From Nemertoderma westbladi (lineage: Eukaryota; Animalia; Xenacoelomorpha), in contig JAUCBJ010000969.1 in NCBI GenBank assembly GCA_032718475.1, forward strand, positions 2,416 through 66,415: 64,000 bases of DNA, in the 5' to 3' direction. The notes beneath the pieces are model-generated. The model ran no database searches. It saw only the letters and a program-made list of their open reading frames with translations, and was not told the DNA's origin. The position numbers were made by a program, and so were the translations under genes. Each line of letters opens with the position of its first letter. The stretch's first letter is position 1. This document shows, piece after piece, positions 60,637-64,000 of the stretch.

Positions 60637-62638
60637 AACTTGTTTCTGCAACTTGATCTGAAACTTGTCGCTTGACCCCCTCTCACACACAGAAACTTGT
60701 TGCTGCAACTTGTTTCAGCAACTTGTTTCTGCAACTTGTTACTGAAACTTGTCGCTGGACCCCCTCTCACACACAGAAACTTGTTGCTGCAACTTGTTTC
60801 TGCAACTTGTTACTGAAACTTGTCGCTGGACCCCCTCTCACACACAGAAACTTGTTGCTGCAACTTGTTTCTGCAACTTGTTACTGAAACTTGTCGCTGG
60901 ACCCCCTCACACACAGAAACTTGTCGCTGGACCCCCTCACACACAGATACTTGTCGCTGGACCCCCTCACACACAGAAACATGTCGCTGGACCCCCTCAC
61001 ACACAGTAACTTGTCGCTGGACCCCCTCACACACAGATACTTGTCGCTGGACCCCCTCACACACAGAAACTTGTCGCTGGACCCCCTCACACACAGAAAC
61101 TTGTCGCTGGACCCCCTCACACACAGAAACTTGTCGCTGGACCCCCTCACACACAGAAACTTGTCGCTGGACCCCCTCACACACAGAAACTTGTCGCTGG
61201 ACCCCCTCACACACATAAACTTGTCGCTGGACCCCCTCACACACAGAAACTTGTCGCTGGACCCCCTCACACACAGAAACTTGTTGCTGGACCCCCTCAG
61301 CCCTCACACACAGAAACTTGTTGCTGGACCCCCTCACACACAGAAACTTGTCGCTGGACCCCCTCACACACAGAAACTTGTCGCTGGACCCCCTCACACA
61401 CAGAAACTTGTCGCTGGACCCCCTCACACACATAAACTTGTCGCTGGACCCCCTCACACACAGAAACTTGTCGCTGGACCCCCTCACACACAGAAACTTC
61501 TCGCTGGGCCCCCTCACACACAGAAACTTGTCGCTGGACCCCCTCACACACAGAAACTTGTCGCTTCTCCCCCTCACACACATAAACTTGTCGCTGGACC
61601 CCCTCACACACAGAAACTTGTCGCTGGACCCCATCACACACATAAACTTGTCGCTGGACCCCTCACACACAGAAATTTGTCGCTGGACCCCCTCACACAC
61701 AGACACTTGTCGCTGGACCCCCTCACACACAGAAACTTGTCGCTGGACCCCCTCACACACATAAACTTGTCGCTGGACCCCCTCACACACATAAACTTGT
61801 CGCTGGACCCCCTCACACACAGAAACTTCTCGCTGGGCCCCCTCACACACAGAAACTTGTCGCTGGACCCCCTCACACACAGAAACTTGTCGCTGCTCCC
61901 CCTCACACACAGAAACTTGTCGCTGGACCCCCTCACACACAGAAACTTGTCGCTGGACCCCCCCCCCCCCCCTCACACACAGAAACTTCTCGCTGGACCC
62001 CCTCACACACAGAAACTTGTCGCTGGACCCCCTCACACACAGAAACTTGTCGCTGGACCCCCTCAGCCCTCACACACAGAAACTTGTCGCTGGACCCCCT
62101 CACACACATAAAATTGTCGCTGGACCCCCTCACACACATAAAATTGTCGCTGGACCCCCTCACACACAGAAACTTGTCGCTGGACCCCCGCACACACATA
62201 TACTTGTCGCCGGACCCCCTCACACACAGAAACTTGTCGCTGGACCCCCTCACACACAGAAACTTGTCGCTGGACCCCCTCACACACAGAAACTTGTCGC
62301 TGGACCCCCTCACACACAGAAACTTGTTGCTGGACCCCCTCAGCCCTCACACACAGAAACTTGTCGCTGGACCCCCTCACACACATAAAATTGTCGCTGG
62401 ACCCCCTCACACACATAAAATTGTCGCTGGACCCCCTCACACACAGAAACTTGTCGCTGGACCCCCGCACACACATATACTTGTCGCCGGACCCCCTCAC
62501 ACACAGAAACTTGTCGCTGGACCCCCTCACACACAGAAACTTGTCGCTGGACCCCCCTCACACACTGAAACTTGTCGCTGGACCCCCTCACACACAGAAA
62601 CTTGTCGCTGGACCCCCTCACACACATAAACTTGTTGC
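60637..62638. repeat. 30-bp minisatellite with 71-bp higher-order units at its start
   Basis: Unit aaacttgtcgctggaccccctcacacacag. Confidence 0.97.
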
Positions 62639-62944
62639 TCAAGAAAATAACAATTATTTAAAAATAAATAGCTAACATGTCCAGTGATTTATATATAATA
62701 TCAAATCACTCAAATTATCTAATATTGGCCCTAATAATTAGCTCTAATATAAAAATGCGGGGAACTAATATAGCATGGATACCAAAATTTTGAATTTTGC
62801 TTATACTCTGTGTTATGCTATACTTCTTTATACTTGTGTTTTGGTTGTATATTAGTGTTATAGAATATAGTTGGACATTCTCCCACAATATTATGGTAGC
62901 TATTCAATTTTTATTTTGTGGTAACTATTTTGTGGTAACTTTTT

Positions 62945-63005
62945 AAAGGATTATAATGATGGGTCCTGGGGTCTACCTCCCCAGGACCCATCATTATAAT
63001 CCTTT
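62945..63005. other. Perfect 27-bp inverted repeat with a 7-nt loop
   Basis: aaaggattataatgatgggtcctgggg-tctacct-ccccaggacccatcattataatccttt. Confidence 0.9.
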
Positions 63006-64000
63006 GATGAATCACTCTCTGAAGTCGGCGTGTCGGCAAATACGTAATTTCAGTTATTTTTTAAGTTAGCTATAAAAAAGAAAACTTAAGTAACATTTTA
63101 TGTAAATAATTGGTTAAAAAAGTACCTATATTTTTATAAATGAACTAATTACTAAACTTTAAAGTTTTCTGAATATAAATTCAGCAAAGTGTCCCTGAAT
63201 GAGATCCAGCTATTACTCTAGGAAAATAATTTAGGCTAGTTAACCTAGCAACAGCAGAGGCTTAAAAGTTAAAACCCTAACCCAAAACACCTACAATATA
63301 CAAGTCTACTGTACACAACATTAAAAATACCAGTTTTAAACATAAATACGTACTATTACTAGCTATTACAAAAATATCTAGCTAATGTACATAAAAACAC
63401 TAGCTGCTATAACTAATAAAGTTCTAGAACACAAAAAAAAATAAAAAAAAAGTTTTATAAAAAAAATAGACAATTATAAGAAAAATTCAAAATATTCGTA
63501 GGTACCCATGCTATACCGTACTTAATGCCAAAATGGGATGTAATAAAAGTTTTTAAATAAATTGCTGGGAATAGAACTTCTTAAAAATTAATTAAAATTA
63601 AAAACTCCTCACACAGTCTGGTTCCTTTTTGCCGAAATAATGATGACGTAGGAAAATTTGGGTAATGGCTGGCATCTAACGGTTTTAAACTAAATCGAGT
63701 GTGCTGATTCCGAATCCGTCTGATGCCAAGCTCAATTGTGAATTTTTGGATCCCGTTTCACCATGGCAACTGGAGGTCATTTGCAAAACACCACTTTCTA
63801 TTGACTCTACATAATTCTAACCTTGACCTACCCTCCCTAAACCGGCATCAGATAATCCATTGCGGTACATTTTAGAACCCAGTTACCATGGCAACTGTTC
63901 GAAATACGTCTTCAAATGTCGTTTTTACTTCAAATTTAGGTGAATTTTTGCAAATTTCAATATTTTTCTAAACCATTGCCAAATACGTGTTCCACTTGAG

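Noticed and set aside
60672-62675. Many overlapping repetitive ORFs
   Set aside because: Artefacts of a 30-bp minisatellite.

Overview
Repeat-rich eukaryotic DNA, most likely from an invertebrate animal. It holds four host genes, all without visible introns: an ARID4/RBBP1 homologue that runs off the left edge and is absent from the ORF track, HGSNAT, a reticulon, and a divergent SLC6 transporter. Mobile DNA fills most of the rest. This includes a full-length, decaying BEL/Pao LTR retrotransposon (3970-15972, 5-bp TSD) with an extra DEDDy-exonuclease/Zn-knuckle ORF, and a second BEL/Pao element with gag-protease only (28971-36879). There are also a CR1-group LINE with an intact ORF2, LINE fragments, Helitron/HINE-like elements, several TIR MITEs with TSDs, a Tc1/mariner relic and satellites. 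Four observations stand out. (1) Neither BEL/Pao element has a tRNA primer-binding site; instead each has a PBS-position sequence complementary to its own LTR about 196-197 nt from the U5 end, which suggests self-priming. (2) A TSD-flanked ~411-bp tandem unit fuses a tRNA-like Pol III promoter to a minimal hammerhead ribozyme. (3) LINE ORF1 and ORF2 are in frame and separated by TGA-CTAG, a stop-readthrough context. (4) All four host genes lack introns. Every call comes from reading the sequence; no database searches were run.
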